Assembly: GCF_018977255.1 (NCBI RefSeq)
Contig: NW_024704742.1
Location: forward strand, 46,936,001 to 47,000,000
Direction: 5' to 3'
DNA from: Callorhinchus milii
Lineage: Eukaryota
DNA length: 64,000 bases
Positions 1 to 12,739 of the stretch are shown here, in pieces; positions within the stretch are counted from its first letter, which is position 1; each line of letters starts with the position of its first letter. The position numbers were made by a program, and so were the translations under genes. Below the pieces are notes generated by a model, which had not been told where the DNA came from, ran no database searches, and saw nothing but the letters and a program-made list of their open reading frames with translations.

Positions 1-162
1 ATGCAACGTATTGCTGCAAATGACTGTTGAATTTGAGTTAATTACTACATTTAAAAGCAAATTAGGTAACAATATAAAGATTAAAGATGCTTTAAAGGTC
101 AAGGCAGAAGAGAATGAAAAAAGGGATGAGAGCACATCTAAAAGCACTTAACACGGTAAGTG

Positions 163-442
163 ACCTCTTTGACCGTGCCTTCAGCTCCCCTCTCGACTCT
201 CTTCCCCCTCCTCGCTCCCTCCCTTCCCTCCCCTCACCCTGACCATTTCCCCCCTCCTTGCTCCCTCCCTTCCCTCCCCTCACCCTGACCATTTCCCCCC
301 TCCTCGCTCCCTCCCTTCCCTCCCCTCACCCTGACCATTTCCCCCTTGCTCGGGTCATGACCCAACTGTGCAGCGCCCTGGGACGTCCTCCTGACGTGAA
401 AGGCGCTTTATAAATGGAATCTTGTTGTCTTGTTGTTGTTGT
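163..442 (+). mobile_element. L2 LINE 3' UTR fragment with internal 46-bp triplication
   Basis: Ends ...CAGCGCCCTGGGACGTCCTCCTGACGTGAAAGGCGCTTTATAAATGGAATC(TTG)n. Near-identical to 26874-27056 apart from the triplication. Confidence 0.9.
204..345 (+). repeat. Tandem repeat, 46-bp pyrimidine-rich unit x3
   Basis: GACCATTT recurs at 241, 287 and 333 (period 46). Confidence 0.95.
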
Positions 443-550
443 AAACTGTGAACATTTGTAATTGTATTTTGTAGGCGGATGAAGATAACTTCTATGGAGA
501 GGAAGTACAATGCAATGGATTGAAAAGCTTTTTTCTATGCTAAAATTTCT

Positions 551-928
551 ATAATATAAGAATCTTTGCATTTGATATAGTGCCTTATCATATCTTTGAG
601 ATGCCTCAAAGCTCTTCACTAAATATACTGTAAAGTTAATTGACTGTATATTTTGTGGGCGAAACATGGCAACCAATTGCGCATAGCAGTGTCCCACAAA
701 CAGTCGTGGATTGAGTGACCAAATTATTATTATTTATATTTTTGAAGGGATTATTACCGCTGGAAAAGCGATCTGCCAATCAACTAACAACTGTGTTCCT
801 ACTTACTGCTAGGTAAACAGAGTCACGTGGAGTAAGGAAACTTGCCTAAGGTTTCGCCCGCTCAGGAATCAAACTCAGATCCTCTCGCTCGCGAGGCGAG
901 TGCTCTAACCACTAAGCTACAGGACTCC
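551..928 (-). mobile_element. tRNA-Ala-derived SINE, long form (SINE2-1_CM-like)
   Basis: Minus strand reads GGAGTCCTGTAGCTTAGTGGTTAGAGCACTCGC..., then CTCTGTTTACCTAGCAGTAAGTAGGAAC and an L2-like tail. Confidence 0.92.
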
Positions 929-1000
929 TATCCAGAGACATAAAAAGACAGCTAAACTAATTCAGAAATACTGCAAATCATAACAGGATTACTTCAACAT

Positions 1001-1578
1001 AGAGAACACAATTATTGCTGTCACAGTTACGTCAGAGAAAACACGATTATTGTTGCCAAAGTTATTTAAATAGAAATTTATGGCATAGAAGGAGCCATTC
1101 GGCCCATCGAGTCTGCATCAGCTCTTAGAGCAAATTGTCCATTTAATCCCGCTGCCCTGATTTATCCTCAAACCCTGTCAAGTTTGTATCCTTCATAAAT
1201 CTGTCTTCTTACCTCAAGAAGCCCACAATGGATTCTGTTTCTATCACTTTACTCATTCAGGGCAATTCACATCCCAATAACTCCCTGAGAGAAAACATTT
1301 CATCCAAGCTCTCCTTTCGCTCTTCTTCGAATTATCTTGGAACCAAATCCCTGACTCTCCTACTAGTAGAAATAGCTTCTCTCTGTTTACCCTGTCAAAA
1401 TCCCCAATAATTTTGTAAACCTCTATCAGCCTCTCAACTTTCTCTACTGCAATGAAAATAGACCCAACATCTCCATAAGTAACAAAAGCTTCGCAACCTT
1501 GGTATAATTTCTACAGAGATCACAATTATTGTTGCCAAAGTTATTTTTACAGGAATACAATTATTGCTGTCACATTTA
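1001..1578 (+). repeat. ~33-bp repeat units (two at 1001-1067, two at 1515-1578) flanking a CR1 fragment
   Basis: CACAATTATTGCTGTCACA and CAC(A/G)ATTATTGTTGCCAAAGTTATTT occur on both sides of the CR1 piece. Confidence 0.8.
1070..1512 (-). mobile_element. CR1 LINE 3' fragment
   Basis: AGAAGGAGCCATTCGGCCCATCG is the reverse complement of the CR1 3' end seen at 23850-23903. Confidence 0.75.
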
Positions 1579-1784
1579 ACATGCATTGTGCATGTGTGCA
1601 TTCGTTAGGCTTGAAAGTGACAATTTAATACAAACTCTTATAGACACCATTTCTTCTACACAAAGCAACACCGAGATATTTGTTTGGTCATTTGGGTATC
1701 TGACACAAGTGGAAACCCAGAATCATACTTAAGAATATTTAATCCAATGTTAGTTCCATATATGCTACCTACACATGGAAATGT

Positions 1785-1965
1785 ATGGAATGAGATACAC
1801 ACTCTCTACCGTGAGGGATACATCGTGATTACCTAATTCAGGCAGAGATTGGCAAGACCCAAGGCTTGAAGACCTCAGAGTGTCCATTGGGGTAATGCTG
1901 GAGTTAAACAGCTAAAATTGCAAAGCTTGCCATTGAAGCACTGTCTGGTAAGATTCCCATTGAAG
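1785..1965 (+). repeat. Unclassified old interspersed repeat, copy 1
   Basis: Shares TTACCTAATTC...AAGGCTTG..GACCTCAGAGTGT(C/G)CATTGG...CTGTCTGGTAAG with the copies at 3140-3380, 24555-24800 (-) and 42335-42560. Confidence 0.75.
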
Positions 1966-1999
1966 ATGGAACTTGCAACATAGATTTGGAGATGAAAAG

Positions 2000-2395
2000 A
2001 TGTCATTTCAAAGAGGTAGGTTTAAAAGTGGTATTTAAAGACAGATTGAGGGGATGAGGTGGATGGGTAGAAAAAAGAAGTTCCAGAGGTTAAGGTTGTA
2101 GTAACTGAAGCCTTGGCCACCAACGATAGCGTGGAGAGTACGTGTTCTGTCCCTTGTGCAGCAGGCCCAGGTTAGCTGAATAGAGGGGTCAAGCAGAGTA
2201 GCAGAGTTGGGGAAGTTCACAGAGATAGGGAGGTGCTGTGGTGGGCGAACGTCAAAGTAGATCCGCTGGGATCCAGAGAGCCAGTGGAGTCTGGCGAGGT
2301 CTAGGGTGATGGGTGTCTGGAGTTGATATGAGTGAGGATGTGGGTGGCAGAGTTTTTCATTACATATAGTTTGTAGATTATGGAGCTAGGGATAA
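2000..2395 (-). mobile_element. Old L2 LINE fragment (ORF2 C-terminus)
   Basis: Purine-rich plus strand colinear with the L2 at 16950-17350 (GAAGTTCCAGAG..., GCCAGTGGAGTCTGGC, GGCAGAGTTTT). Confidence 0.75.
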
Positions 2396-3139
2396 CAGTG
2401 ATTATATGTATATGTGACAATATATAGGTCAACAGCAGAAACATCCATTAATTAACAAAAGAATATATTCTCTACCTAATAATGTGTCAAAGCTATCAAA
2501 TCCATTAAGATTTCTACACAGGTGAAGCTGATGATTTATAAAATCTAACAAGTAAAATGTTACAGAACAGAATTTCTAACAAGTTTATATTGATACTGTG
2601 TCCTTTTGTGAGGAGTTTGCAAGTTATTCATCTCAAGAAATGTTTAGATTCAGAGTACCCATTTTTCTTAACTGTTATATAACCAGGCCAATTCGTTTTA
2701 TTTATACCAAACATCACTCTAAGCCAAACAAATCATGTGAAAAATGCACGCATGCTGTAAAAGTTGAATTTCTATTCAGTAATCATCCACGATGCTATGT
2801 TTTTTATTCATAATCCCCAGATTTACCACAAGCAAAACTGACACATATTACTGCAGTGAAGTGAACACAAAGATAAGGACCAATTTGATCAATGCCAGTT
2901 CACACACAGACAAACACAGGCTCGCATACATTTGTTGTGTATTTTAAGAGAACGGCAGATCAACCAGGCATATAAATTATATAAATGTTCACTGGGGACA
3001 CATGAAGACTTCAGTTCTCTATTCCTTTTGGGTGACCTGTGGGTCAATACAATCAGGCTGCAATTATTCTTTTTATAAATTATGTGGAGCAGTAAAAAAG
3101 ACTAGTTAATTGGGATTTGTGCTGCATGCTGCAATCTGG

Positions 3140-3380
3140 AATGAATGCGTACATTGAGGTATACACCCTACTTACCTAATTCCAGACAGTGGTTAGCAAG
3201 AATCAAGGCTTGGGGACTTCAAAGTGTGCATTGGGGTGTAAATGGACTTTAACCACTTAATAATACATAACTTATCATTGAGAGCATTTTCTGATAAGCT
3301 TTGCACTGCTAGAACTACCCTACTTTTAGGGCTTTGGATTTTATGGTAAACAGGAACCAAGTGGGAAGAGTCCATGTTCC
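3140..3380 (+). repeat. Unclassified old interspersed repeat, copy 2
   Basis: Aligns by eye to 1785-1965 and 42335-42560. Confidence 0.75.
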
Positions 3381-4959
3381 CAGTGACAGTCTGTGTTCTG
3401 ATATACCATATTATAGAGTGCACAGACACATGCTCGTAGCTATTAATAACATTCTATGAAGCATAAAATTCACCTGTGCTATCACACTGCATTAACATGG
3501 CAAAAGTTGACTTCTGAATGAGAGTTTGTTGACTCAAGAGAAAAAGAGCTATCCATAGAAAAGAGGATATCTGGAGTTTGGAAAGCAAAATAACAAGCAC
3601 ATCTTATTTGCAAATGAAAATTGTCAATGCAATTTCACTTTGAACATAATTTGTTCCCTTCCACTATCTAACAAATCATTCATGGGGCTTAAAGCTCACC
3701 ATCTTGCAAACCTTTAGTGATAGTACCAATAATGTATCCATGCAAGAACAAATGCTAAAAGCACCAGATAAGTGCTGGTGAACATGAATAAAGTGGGGAA
3801 TAGTGTGCTGAATTTATAATCTCTGCTGAAACTGTATCAAGAATAGTTACATTTATGTTAAATATGCATAAAAATAAAGACTGCTTGATATAAGCACTCA
3901 GTGGAACGTGCAACAGTACAAATCACAAACATCATTTTTAAATCTCTGGGTAAAGGAATACTTTGCTTACAGAGTAAGCAAAGAAACATGCAAAATAAGT
4001 TGTCTTATCTTATGATACAACTCGCATTCATGTGACAATCTTTTAATGTTACTTGAATGCTACAAGTCCTCTGAACGTGAAAGGCACTATATAAATGTAA
4101 ATTGTGCTATATTGTTATGAAAAAGTAGTCTGAGAGCTGAGAGCAGGCATTGTAAACCCAGATGGTTTAAAATCTTTGCGGATTCCTAACAATGAAGATG
4201 GTATCTCTGTTTAAACAGCAATCTGTTCTCACTCTTGTTATCTAGCTGCATAATTCTCCTGCAGCTTAACCCAGCCAATATTGTATATTGCCCCTTGTCT
4301 TCAACTTGATACACACGATTGGATGTGCCTATTCTGTCTAGTGTTCAGATTGCAAAATAATGAATTGGCCAAGAAATGTGGCACGTATATCAGTTTTCTA
4401 TTTGAACAGAACATCTGTATAATGAGAGTGAATGGAGAGAGGGTATCAAGACTGTCTCACGTGAAAGCATGAAATAACACATTAAATTTATGTGGATAAT
4501 GACATCCACTCTTCTTGAATGAAAATAGTATCTCATAGTTTGAGCATTTAGAATTCTGTTAATTTAAGTCAATTTTTCTTGGGAGCTAAAATTTAATGTG
4601 CAACTAGACAAAATAATGGAGGTTGTTTTTTTTCACCATGATTCACTTTTGTGGCAAACCTCGGAGGCCTGAAATTCTGGATGGTCTTAGCCTTAAAAAA
4701 ATTGAAAAATTCTTCAACTTTAATTTGCAATCTGATTTTCCAGTCATTCTTTAGTGTAACAATGTCGGAGGTGGTGTTCTGCAGATCAGACTTTAAACTG
4801 AGGGGACCTCAATCTGCCCGGACTAGTGTTTCAGATCCCATGGTACTATTTTGGTAAATAAGGCATTCTCCTGGGTTATATTTATCCCAAATCCCAAATT
4901 CATCAAAAGCCCATTCACCTGGTTGGTGTTTGTGGGATAATATTGTTTGTCCAAATAAC

Positions 4960-6848
4960 TGCACTTCACAAGGGATGAAGAAGGCTCTTCGGCCAATTTG
5001 ATCTCACCCCTCCAGACAACTCAATCCACCATCCTCCTAATACAGCATTGAACTATTTTTATAAATGAGCACAGTGTCCTGTCCTCAACCATGCCTTCCT
5101 GGTAATCTCTTCCAGTTGTTAAAACTGTCTGGGTAAACAAATACACTTTGTAACCCAAAGCTTTGTCTTCTTGATTTGTCATCTCAGTGCATCTGAAAGT
5201 ACTGTTGTAAACTTACAATCCTATTTAAAATCTTACATATCTCTGATAACTTTCTTTTCAATTCTGAAAATCCGTATCTTCTCTAATTTTTCCTTGTGGC
5301 TCATTCCTCTAACCCTGGGGATCACCCTCAACCCTAGACTAATGACATTCTGAACATCTGTGATCAGGGCTCCCTGTGCCTCCTTGTCCTCCTCGATCTC
5401 TCTGCTGGCTTCGACACTGTCGAACACTCCATCCTCATATATTGCCTCTCCTCCTTACTTATTCTTCACGGACCTGCCCTTGCCTGGTACGATTCCTATC
5501 TCTCTTATCGTCTCCACTTTGTTGCCTCTAACGGTTTCTCCTCCAGCCCCCGCACAGTCACATCTGGTGTCCCCCAGGGCTCTGTCCTTGGCCCTCTGCT
5601 CTTTAATATCTACATGCTCCCCCTTGGTGACATCATCCGTAGACATGGGGTCAACTTCCACATGTATGCGGATGACACACAACTCTTATCTTTCTGCCTC
5701 CACCCTCAACTCTAGGACCACTGCTGTCCTGACAGACTGTCTGTCAGACATCAAGTCCTGGATGAGGACAAACTTTCTACAGTTGAATGTAAACAAAATT
5801 GAGGCGCTCTTGATCAGCTCACTCCAGTGCCTAAGCACCTCAGGCTCTGGCAGCATCAACCTCCATGGTTGCACACTGCAACTCACCAGCCAGTCAGGAA
5901 CCTAGGGGTCTTGTTCAACTCTCAACTGTCTTGTCTCCCCCACATTCAAGCCATGACCCGCTCTGCCTTCCCTCACCTCCGTGACATCACCCGACTCAGC
6001 CACCACCTCACCCCTCAGGCCGCTGAAAATCTTGTTCATGCCTTCATCACCTCCAGGCTCGACTATGCAAATGCTCTGCTTGTCGGCCTTTCCAACTCCT
6101 CCCTCCACAGGCTGCAGATAATCCAGAACTCTGCAGCCGTGTCCTCTCCCGCACCAAACTCCGTGACCCCATCTCCCCCATTCTCGCCCAACTCCATTGG
6201 CTCCCTATCCTTCACAGGATCCAGTTCAAGATCCTGGTCCTCACCTACAAAGCCCTCCATGGCTCGCCCCACCCTACCTCTGCGACCTCCTAATCCCCTA
6301 CCAACCCGCACGCTCCCTCCGCTCAGCCGGCTCTGGCCTGCTCCACGTCCCCCAACCCACACGCCCCACCATTGGTGGGAGAGCCTTCAGCCACTCTGCC
6401 CCCAACCTCTGGAATTCCATCACCCAGTCACTCCGCCTCGCCCGCTCCTTAGCCTCCTTCAAGTCCTGCCTCAAAACCCTCCTCTTCGACCATGCCATTG
6501 GCTACTCCACTTCCCCTCCCCTCCCTTCCCCCACCAACCCCAGCTCGGGTCTGAAATGCTGAATTCTGTCCAGTGCCTTGGGACGTCCTCCCAACGTGAA
6601 AGGCACTATACAAATGTAACCTTGTTGTTGTTGTTGATGTTGTTGTAGACTACCCTTCGTGGCAGTGACCTGAACAGGATGCAGTACTCTAGGTGTGGCC
6701 TGACCAGATCTGAACTCAACTGGTTTAGCAATATAGCCAGCATTCCTTTTGCCTTGTTTACTGCTGCTTGATACTGCTTCGACGTGGTGAGCAGTGAGTC
6801 AGCTAAGACCCCTAGGTCTCTTTCAGCTTCCTCCTTGGTAGGTTTCAA
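4960..6848 (-). mobile_element. Old CR1 3' fragment split by an L2 insertion (pieces ~4960-5356 and 6647-6848)
   Basis: Minus frames give ERDLGVL...LVRPHLEYC and, beyond the L2, VIPRVRGMSHKEKLEK. These are consecutive CR1 ORF2 C-terminal motifs. Confidence 0.8.
5357..6646 (+). mobile_element. 5'-truncated L2 LINE (RT to 3' tail), frameshifted
   Basis: [24 protein letters not shown] and MYADD (YADD at 5665-5676), then VHAFITSRLDYAN, GGRAFSH and a (TTG)n tail. Confidence 0.97.
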
Positions 6849-7049
6849 CTAACTCAAAGTGTGAAACGCTTTGAGATATTTTGATGCCATGTATGTTTTA
6901 TATGAAAGCTTGGCATTTATCGAGCTTGGCCTGAATGAAAAGCTAAATTCTGAAGTGAAATATTAATGTTCTCCCTGCCGTATGTTGGTAGTCCTGAGAG
7001 ATGTGACTCAGTTTCAAGATTCTCACTCTCTTTCAAATTTCTTCCAATT

Positions 7050-7394
7050 TCTTTCAAGTTAACCCCCTTCATCTTGTCCTTATGATTCACACTCCATGCC
7101 ACTACCCTCCACCTTTGCTCAAATGGCTTGGGTCTCCTGTACGTCCAGTGTCCCTTCCATTCCATCATTGAGGGCTTTGCTTTCTGCCAATTTGCTCTGA
7201 ATCTCTATAACTACTTGCCTTAACCTCTCTCCCTTGTTCCCTCTTTGCCCATCTTCAAATCACACTTGAAGACTTTCTTCTTCAATCGCCCTTTGGCCAC
7301 TTCCCTCTATTTACAGCTTTGCATCAAGCCATACAGCTGTTAAGTACTGCTCGCATGAAGGGCACTATATAAATGCAAGTTGTCTGTTGTTGTT
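7050..7394 (+). mobile_element. Old L2 3' fragment
   Basis: Pyrimidine-rich body ending GCACTATATAAATGCAAGTTGTCTGTTGTTGTT. Confidence 0.75.
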
Positions 7395-8120
7395 AAAAGA
7401 AATTACCTTCCTAAAATGTGCATTGGATAGCTTGCAGACATTTGGACCACCTATAAATTGGTGAATATCTCACATACTACCATTGTCATTTTTGTGAGAA
7501 GTTTGTAACAGTTTATTTTAATAAGGTTCCACGACATATGTAGAGTAATACCACCGCAATTTATTCAGTGTGGATGACCACATAAATGAGAATCATGAGT
7601 CTCTGTATTTTAAATCCATACTTTTAAGTTTAGATGTACTTGTATGGATGAGAAAGCAAAGATTAAGATTGTTGACCTGCAGATTAGTGTAAAACTGCCA
7701 AATGAAATAAAATCAGACTTGGAAAGATAATACTATTGAAAACTGCTGTTGCTACCACTTTATGCAGTCTCAAATTAAAATATGGATCACAACATACTAC
7801 AGCACCGCATCTCACAGCCACTGCTTAAAGCTGATATTTATTTAAAGACTAGTATTCTGCCTGAGGCATACCCCTTTATGTAATTAAAACTGACAGCTGT
7901 AAATACTGCAGAGAAACTTCATTCAAAAAACAAATTTTAAGAAAATATATTTTCTTAAAGCATAAAGGCAAATATTAAATCTGAAACGTTTTAATATTAA
8001 TATTTGTTGTTATTTTTTTGCTGCAGTATTTTTGTAATAAAATAAACAATCAATATTTCATAACAGATTCAACATTGAATCAGCTAGCAAACATCACATT
8101 TTTCTTACATCAAATGAAAC

Positions 8121-8483
8121 ATAATAATAATCCTTGCATTTGATATAGCACCTTATGGCGTCTTCTAGACGTCTCAAAGCACTTCACAGAATATACTGCA
8201 AAGTGAATTGACTATATTTTGGGCAAATTGTGGCAGCCAATTGCGCACAGCAGTGTCCCATAAACCGTTGTGGATTGAGCGACCAATTTTTATTATTATT
8301 ATTTTGAAGGAATTATTGCGCCCAGAAAAACAATCAACTAACAACCGGGTTCTTACTTACTGCTAGGTAAACAGAGGTGTGTGGAGTAAGGAAACTTGCC
8401 CAATGTTTTGACCTGGCAGGAATCGAACCCAGATCTTTCACCTGAGAGGTTAGTGCTCCAACCACTGAGCTACAGGATTCCAC
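8121..8483 (-). mobile_element. tRNA-Ala-derived SINE, long form
   Basis: Full head, CCTCTGTTTACCTAGCAGTAAGTAAGAACCCGG middle segment and (TTA)n tail. Confidence 0.95.
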
Positions 8484-9518
8484 ATGAATCCACAAGATGA
8501 GTATAAAATATTTTAACAGTTGCTACTTTCAATTTTGTACCTTATTAATTTAATAAGTGGCAATGTATAAGACCTAAGTAATTTCCCAGAGCAAAATCTG
8601 TACAAACTGTTCTGGCTAGAAATGTTTTGGGGAGGCAATGGGAACTTTTATGTAGGAGAGACTTCATTGGATTTAAACAGAGGCTAATATCCATTTGACG
8701 TTGCTACAGATGTTTGGTGAAGGAACAGAAACAAAAGAATATATTATTATGTGCAAGGAGGGTAGTGTGAGTCCTCTGGGAGGACAGAGTGGCCAACACA
8801 GAATGTGCTCCTATCTAATCTCAGTAAGAAAATGAAATTAAATCATGCTGGTTTCAATTTATTTAGAAATAGATTGTATTCTTTTTCATCAAACATTATT
8901 TAAAATAGCATCATGTTTGAGCAACAACTAGAATTCCTTTTACAGTTATTAATTATCACTGGAGCTGCTCCATGAGATACAGTCCTGGTGGTTTCAGGCT
9001 CCATCCCATGCAGCTCACGTCCTTGTTAAATATTAATGAGACCTAAGATTAATAATTGTAGAACATGTACTCTATCCAGTGAAATATGCTTTAGTCTGTT
9101 CCTATCAGACATCAAAATGAGAAACATTTCTGAAGAAGCACAGGTGCTGCAGTGAACAATTTACCTACTGCTGCTCAGAGGGCAGAGAGCTCAAATGCAG
9201 TGTGATAATCATGTTTGGGTGCTTGATTTATGCCTGCTTTGAATGTTGCAGTAATGGCAGTATTTACGCCCTTAAATAACCCTGAATTCTGTCACTTAAG
9301 ATGCCATACTTATTAACACATTATATACTTTTAGTGACAATAGTGATTATACGAAGCAAAATTATTTGTATTCATTATTTTGTGTATTTCTCTTTATTAA
9401 TAATTTCTGTAGTAATAAGTACATCTAAACTTTATTAATAATGTGGAAAGCATTAATTATCGAGGAGTGGTAAATAGCTTTCAATCTTACAAACTGATTA
9501 ATTGATTTGTTTAAGAAT

Positions 9519-9951
9519 TATAATAATTTACATTCAATATAGTGCCTTGTCACATCAAAATGTCTCAAGTTACTTCACAGAGGTTTCTGTAAAGTGAGGT
9601 GACCGTATATTTGTAGGCAAACATGTCACCAGTTTGTGCACACCAATGTCTCACAAGCATCCACAGAGTGAATGATCCATTCTATTTTGGGGAATTGTTG
9701 GCCAGGACACTGCGAGAAGCTCCCATATCTTTCAGTTAGGACCATGGGATCTTTAATATCCATTTGAACAGGCAGACAGAACCTCAGTGTAAAGTGTTAC
9801 CTGAAGGTTAGCACATCTGACGCAGCATTTCTCCCACAGCAAGGCATTGACATTTTAGATACGATTATGAGCTCAAAATCGCAATGTGGAACTTGAACCT
9901 TCTGACTCAGATGTACAAGTGCTATATAGGGTTACCAATTGAGCCAGGTTG
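9519..9951 (-). mobile_element. Old Deu-domain SINE (SacSINE1-like)
   Basis: Minus strand has a tRNA-like head, then AAAGATCCCATGG...GTGTCCTGGCCAACAATTCCC (Deu-domain motif, from recall) and an L2-like tail. Confidence 0.85.
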
Positions 9952-10499
9952 TTTAAATCCCATCAGAATTTGGTCCAAAGATAAACAGCACCAGATTATG
10001 GTGACAACTGATTTGAACACTTTCCAATAGGACCAATACATGATTTAGAAAAGAAATACTCAAACTTTGTCTGATCATGATTACCTGTTGAGCGTTTTGA
10101 GACAATGTGATGTCATGGGTGCTATATCAAATGCAAGCGTAAACTTAAGCTTTCTAAAAACTTAATCCTATTGTTAAAAAAACGATTGCTTCATGCTTTT
10201 AATCTTATATAATTTTCTGAGTTACCAATCTATGTGCCTAGATTAACATTAGAAGCATGAATACCTTTCAAAGATATCTTGAGTAATTAAGCAGAAGGGA
10301 TAACGAAGGGAGATGGATTTTAACATAGATTAATGTAAACTAATGGATACAAGATCAGGAAACATTTACTCAGTGAAGGGTGTTCATTAATAAAAGTAAA
10401 AAGAAGAGTGATTTAGATGCATTATTCACAGACTTCATCTTGTCTTGTCATCTAGGCTAATCGAGTATGATGATTCTCCAGGGCATTTGACTAAAAGTC

Positions 10500-10830
10500 A
10501 AAACGAGTTATTTTAATCTTATACAGGTTACTGGTGAGGCTGCATTTTGGATGCTGAATACAGTTTTGGGCAGCTGACTTCCACAAAAATGAAGTACTGG
10601 CAAGATTTGCAAATCTCAATTCAAATGTTTAAAACTCTAAGCGACAAAGAGAGGCTCACAGAGCTGAACTCACTTTCAAAAGAAGATTGAGAAGGGATAT
10701 AAACCAGGTGTTTTAAAAGTGGTGAGATCTGCATGGTACAAAGCTAAAGAAATTACAGTACTCAACTAGGACATTGAGTTCTAGTAGGTGGATTATAACT
10801 TTCTATTGGGCTGCCTAATACTGCTCTAAC
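10500..10830 (+). mobile_element. Highly decayed CR1 fragment
   Basis: CTGGTGAGGCTGCATTTTGGATGCTG..CAGTTTTGG and AGAAGATTGAGAAGGGAT resemble the CR1 LVRPHLEYC and RRLRGD coding segments. Confidence 0.6.
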
Positions 10831-11966
10831 TACTATATGTAGTAAGCATGAAGTACTCTTGATCTTTACTGTAATTTATACAATTTACATATTGTGCTAA
10901 TATGATATCTGAAATTCCTCATGTTTTGAGTTTATCTTAGAATGCAGGATTATGTGGAATTTTAGAGGTGCATCTTGGATTTAGTCTTGATCTGGACTCC
11001 AACCTTTCATAATACCCCAAAAGGACCTGGAAAGTCAACTTTTAGGTTGGGACTGAGTTCGGGACTGTTTTCCTAAATGAAGACAATGGACTTGAACCTA
11101 TGTTCATGAGGAATTGGGGTCCCTGATATAGTAAAGCTTTAAAAGTCCATGTAAATTAATTGACTGATTTTAAACAAATAATAATCCTTGCAAATAATTC
11201 AGAGATTCTCCAGCCATTTTCTGCACCATGATGGTTTTTGGAATGAGACAGGCAACATTACTGATGGTGTGTACAGTCTGTGGTGGCTACTGTTTAAAAT
11301 CTCTTTCTGAGAGAGATATGCTGTTAAATAGCGTCAAGAAGGTTATCAATGCTAACTGCAATCTTTTCACCAGCACTACCCAAGATGCTAATCTTCTGCC
11401 CGTATGGAACAATCTCATCTTACTATACACGGCATTATAGCACAGAACCCAAACACCACTACATTCTCCAGTTCAGAGTATCCTTTAACTATTGAATTAC
11501 TATGTACATGGAAAATGTTTTGTTGCAACCTTGTTAATACCCTGCAATAACTGCAAGGAGCAATGTGTTAGAAGATGTATTATTATTTGGATATGGGGAT
11601 CCCCTGTGTACTGTTGACTTGTTGAAAAATCCTAATGACTTAATATGAATTTGTTCTGAGAGTAAACACTGAAACGTGTAGTTTTTCAGGATAACCAAGA
11701 AGAATTGTGGTTTTAGATGAGATGGACACTGATACGATACAATACACAATGATATTTGAGCCCTGCTTTTACACTGATTGTAGCCACACACAGCGCACAG
11801 CTTAACAGTAAATGTCACGGACTGTAGCAGGCTTTGGAAGCCACTTACTGTCCTCCTCACAGAAAACACTTCTCCCCATTTCATTTAAAACCTTCGCTAT
11901 CAGGAGGGACATTTACCTTCGGGACATTAACCTCTCTGTTATTAATGTAGTCAATAGCATCCATGA

Positions 11967-12120
11967 TGTCTTAAAATTGAATAAACAGCAAGATAATGGA
12001 AAATTCTTAAATTTAGTCATAATTTAGACGATGGTTTATTTTTAAGAAGTAGAAAACTTCCAAATTAAGACTGAATTGATGAATTTTTCACACTTCTGCA
12101 AGATCTTAAATTTTAAGACA
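11967..12120. mobile_element. Palindromic MITE-like element
   Basis: Perfect 12-bp inverted ends TGTCTTAAAATT / AATTTTAAGACA with imperfect ~60-bp arms. Related to 49005-49199 and 50545-50680. Confidence 0.75.
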
Positions 12121-12505
12121 AAACGGTCTTTCAGAATGGGACAAAGTGAAATTTCAGACCCAAGACATTCAATTATTTTGAATAACTTCAATGTTTGTGC
12201 CTCTATTACTTTACTCAGCAAATTATTGCGAAAATTAAGAGTCTAATAGGCAACAATTTCCAATAGGAATTCTGAAGGAACATCACACAATTGAGCCATT
12301 CTCGAAGTAGATTGTATTGGAGTTGAGTTCTCAGCTTGAGTTGTCAGCCTTATTAAGAAACCCTATCAGAAATTATTACGTACTAGATCCCATTTATAGC
12401 TCTTTAAGTAATGACTTGTTTCTTGATAACTATTACTATTTTTTAAACATGGACTTTGATTTCTATTTTCTGGTCATTTCTTGGTTAACTTTGATATAAT
12501 AGTTT

Positions 12506-12739
12506 GATTGTTAAGTCGATTGGCGGATCACTTTCTGGGGGTAATAATCCCATATAAAAAAAAGAATTTGGTCACACAATCCATGACTGTTTGTGGGACA
12601 CTGCTGTGCGCAATCGGCTGCCACATTTTGCCCACAAAATATGCTGTTAATTAACTTTGCAGTATATTCTGTGAAGCGCTTTGAGATGTCTCAATGACTT
12701 GATCAGGCACTGTATTAAATGCAAGGAATATTATTATTA
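12506..12739 (+). mobile_element. tRNA-Ala SINE long form, 5'-truncated
   Basis: GTCGATTGGCGGATCACTTT...GTAATAATCCC...GACTGTTTGTGGGACACTGCTGTGCG and tail. Confidence 0.9.

Noticed and set aside
1829..3270. Two similar segments ending in minus-strand GT donors, resembling mutually exclusive exons
   Set aside because: One has an in-frame stop. Further copies at 24555 and 42335, one in the opposite orientation, show it is an interspersed repeat.
11917..11969. Candidate minus-strand exon (DIMDAIDYINNREVNVPK)
   Set aside because: The acceptor lies within the MITE terminal repeat and the peptide is not recognised.
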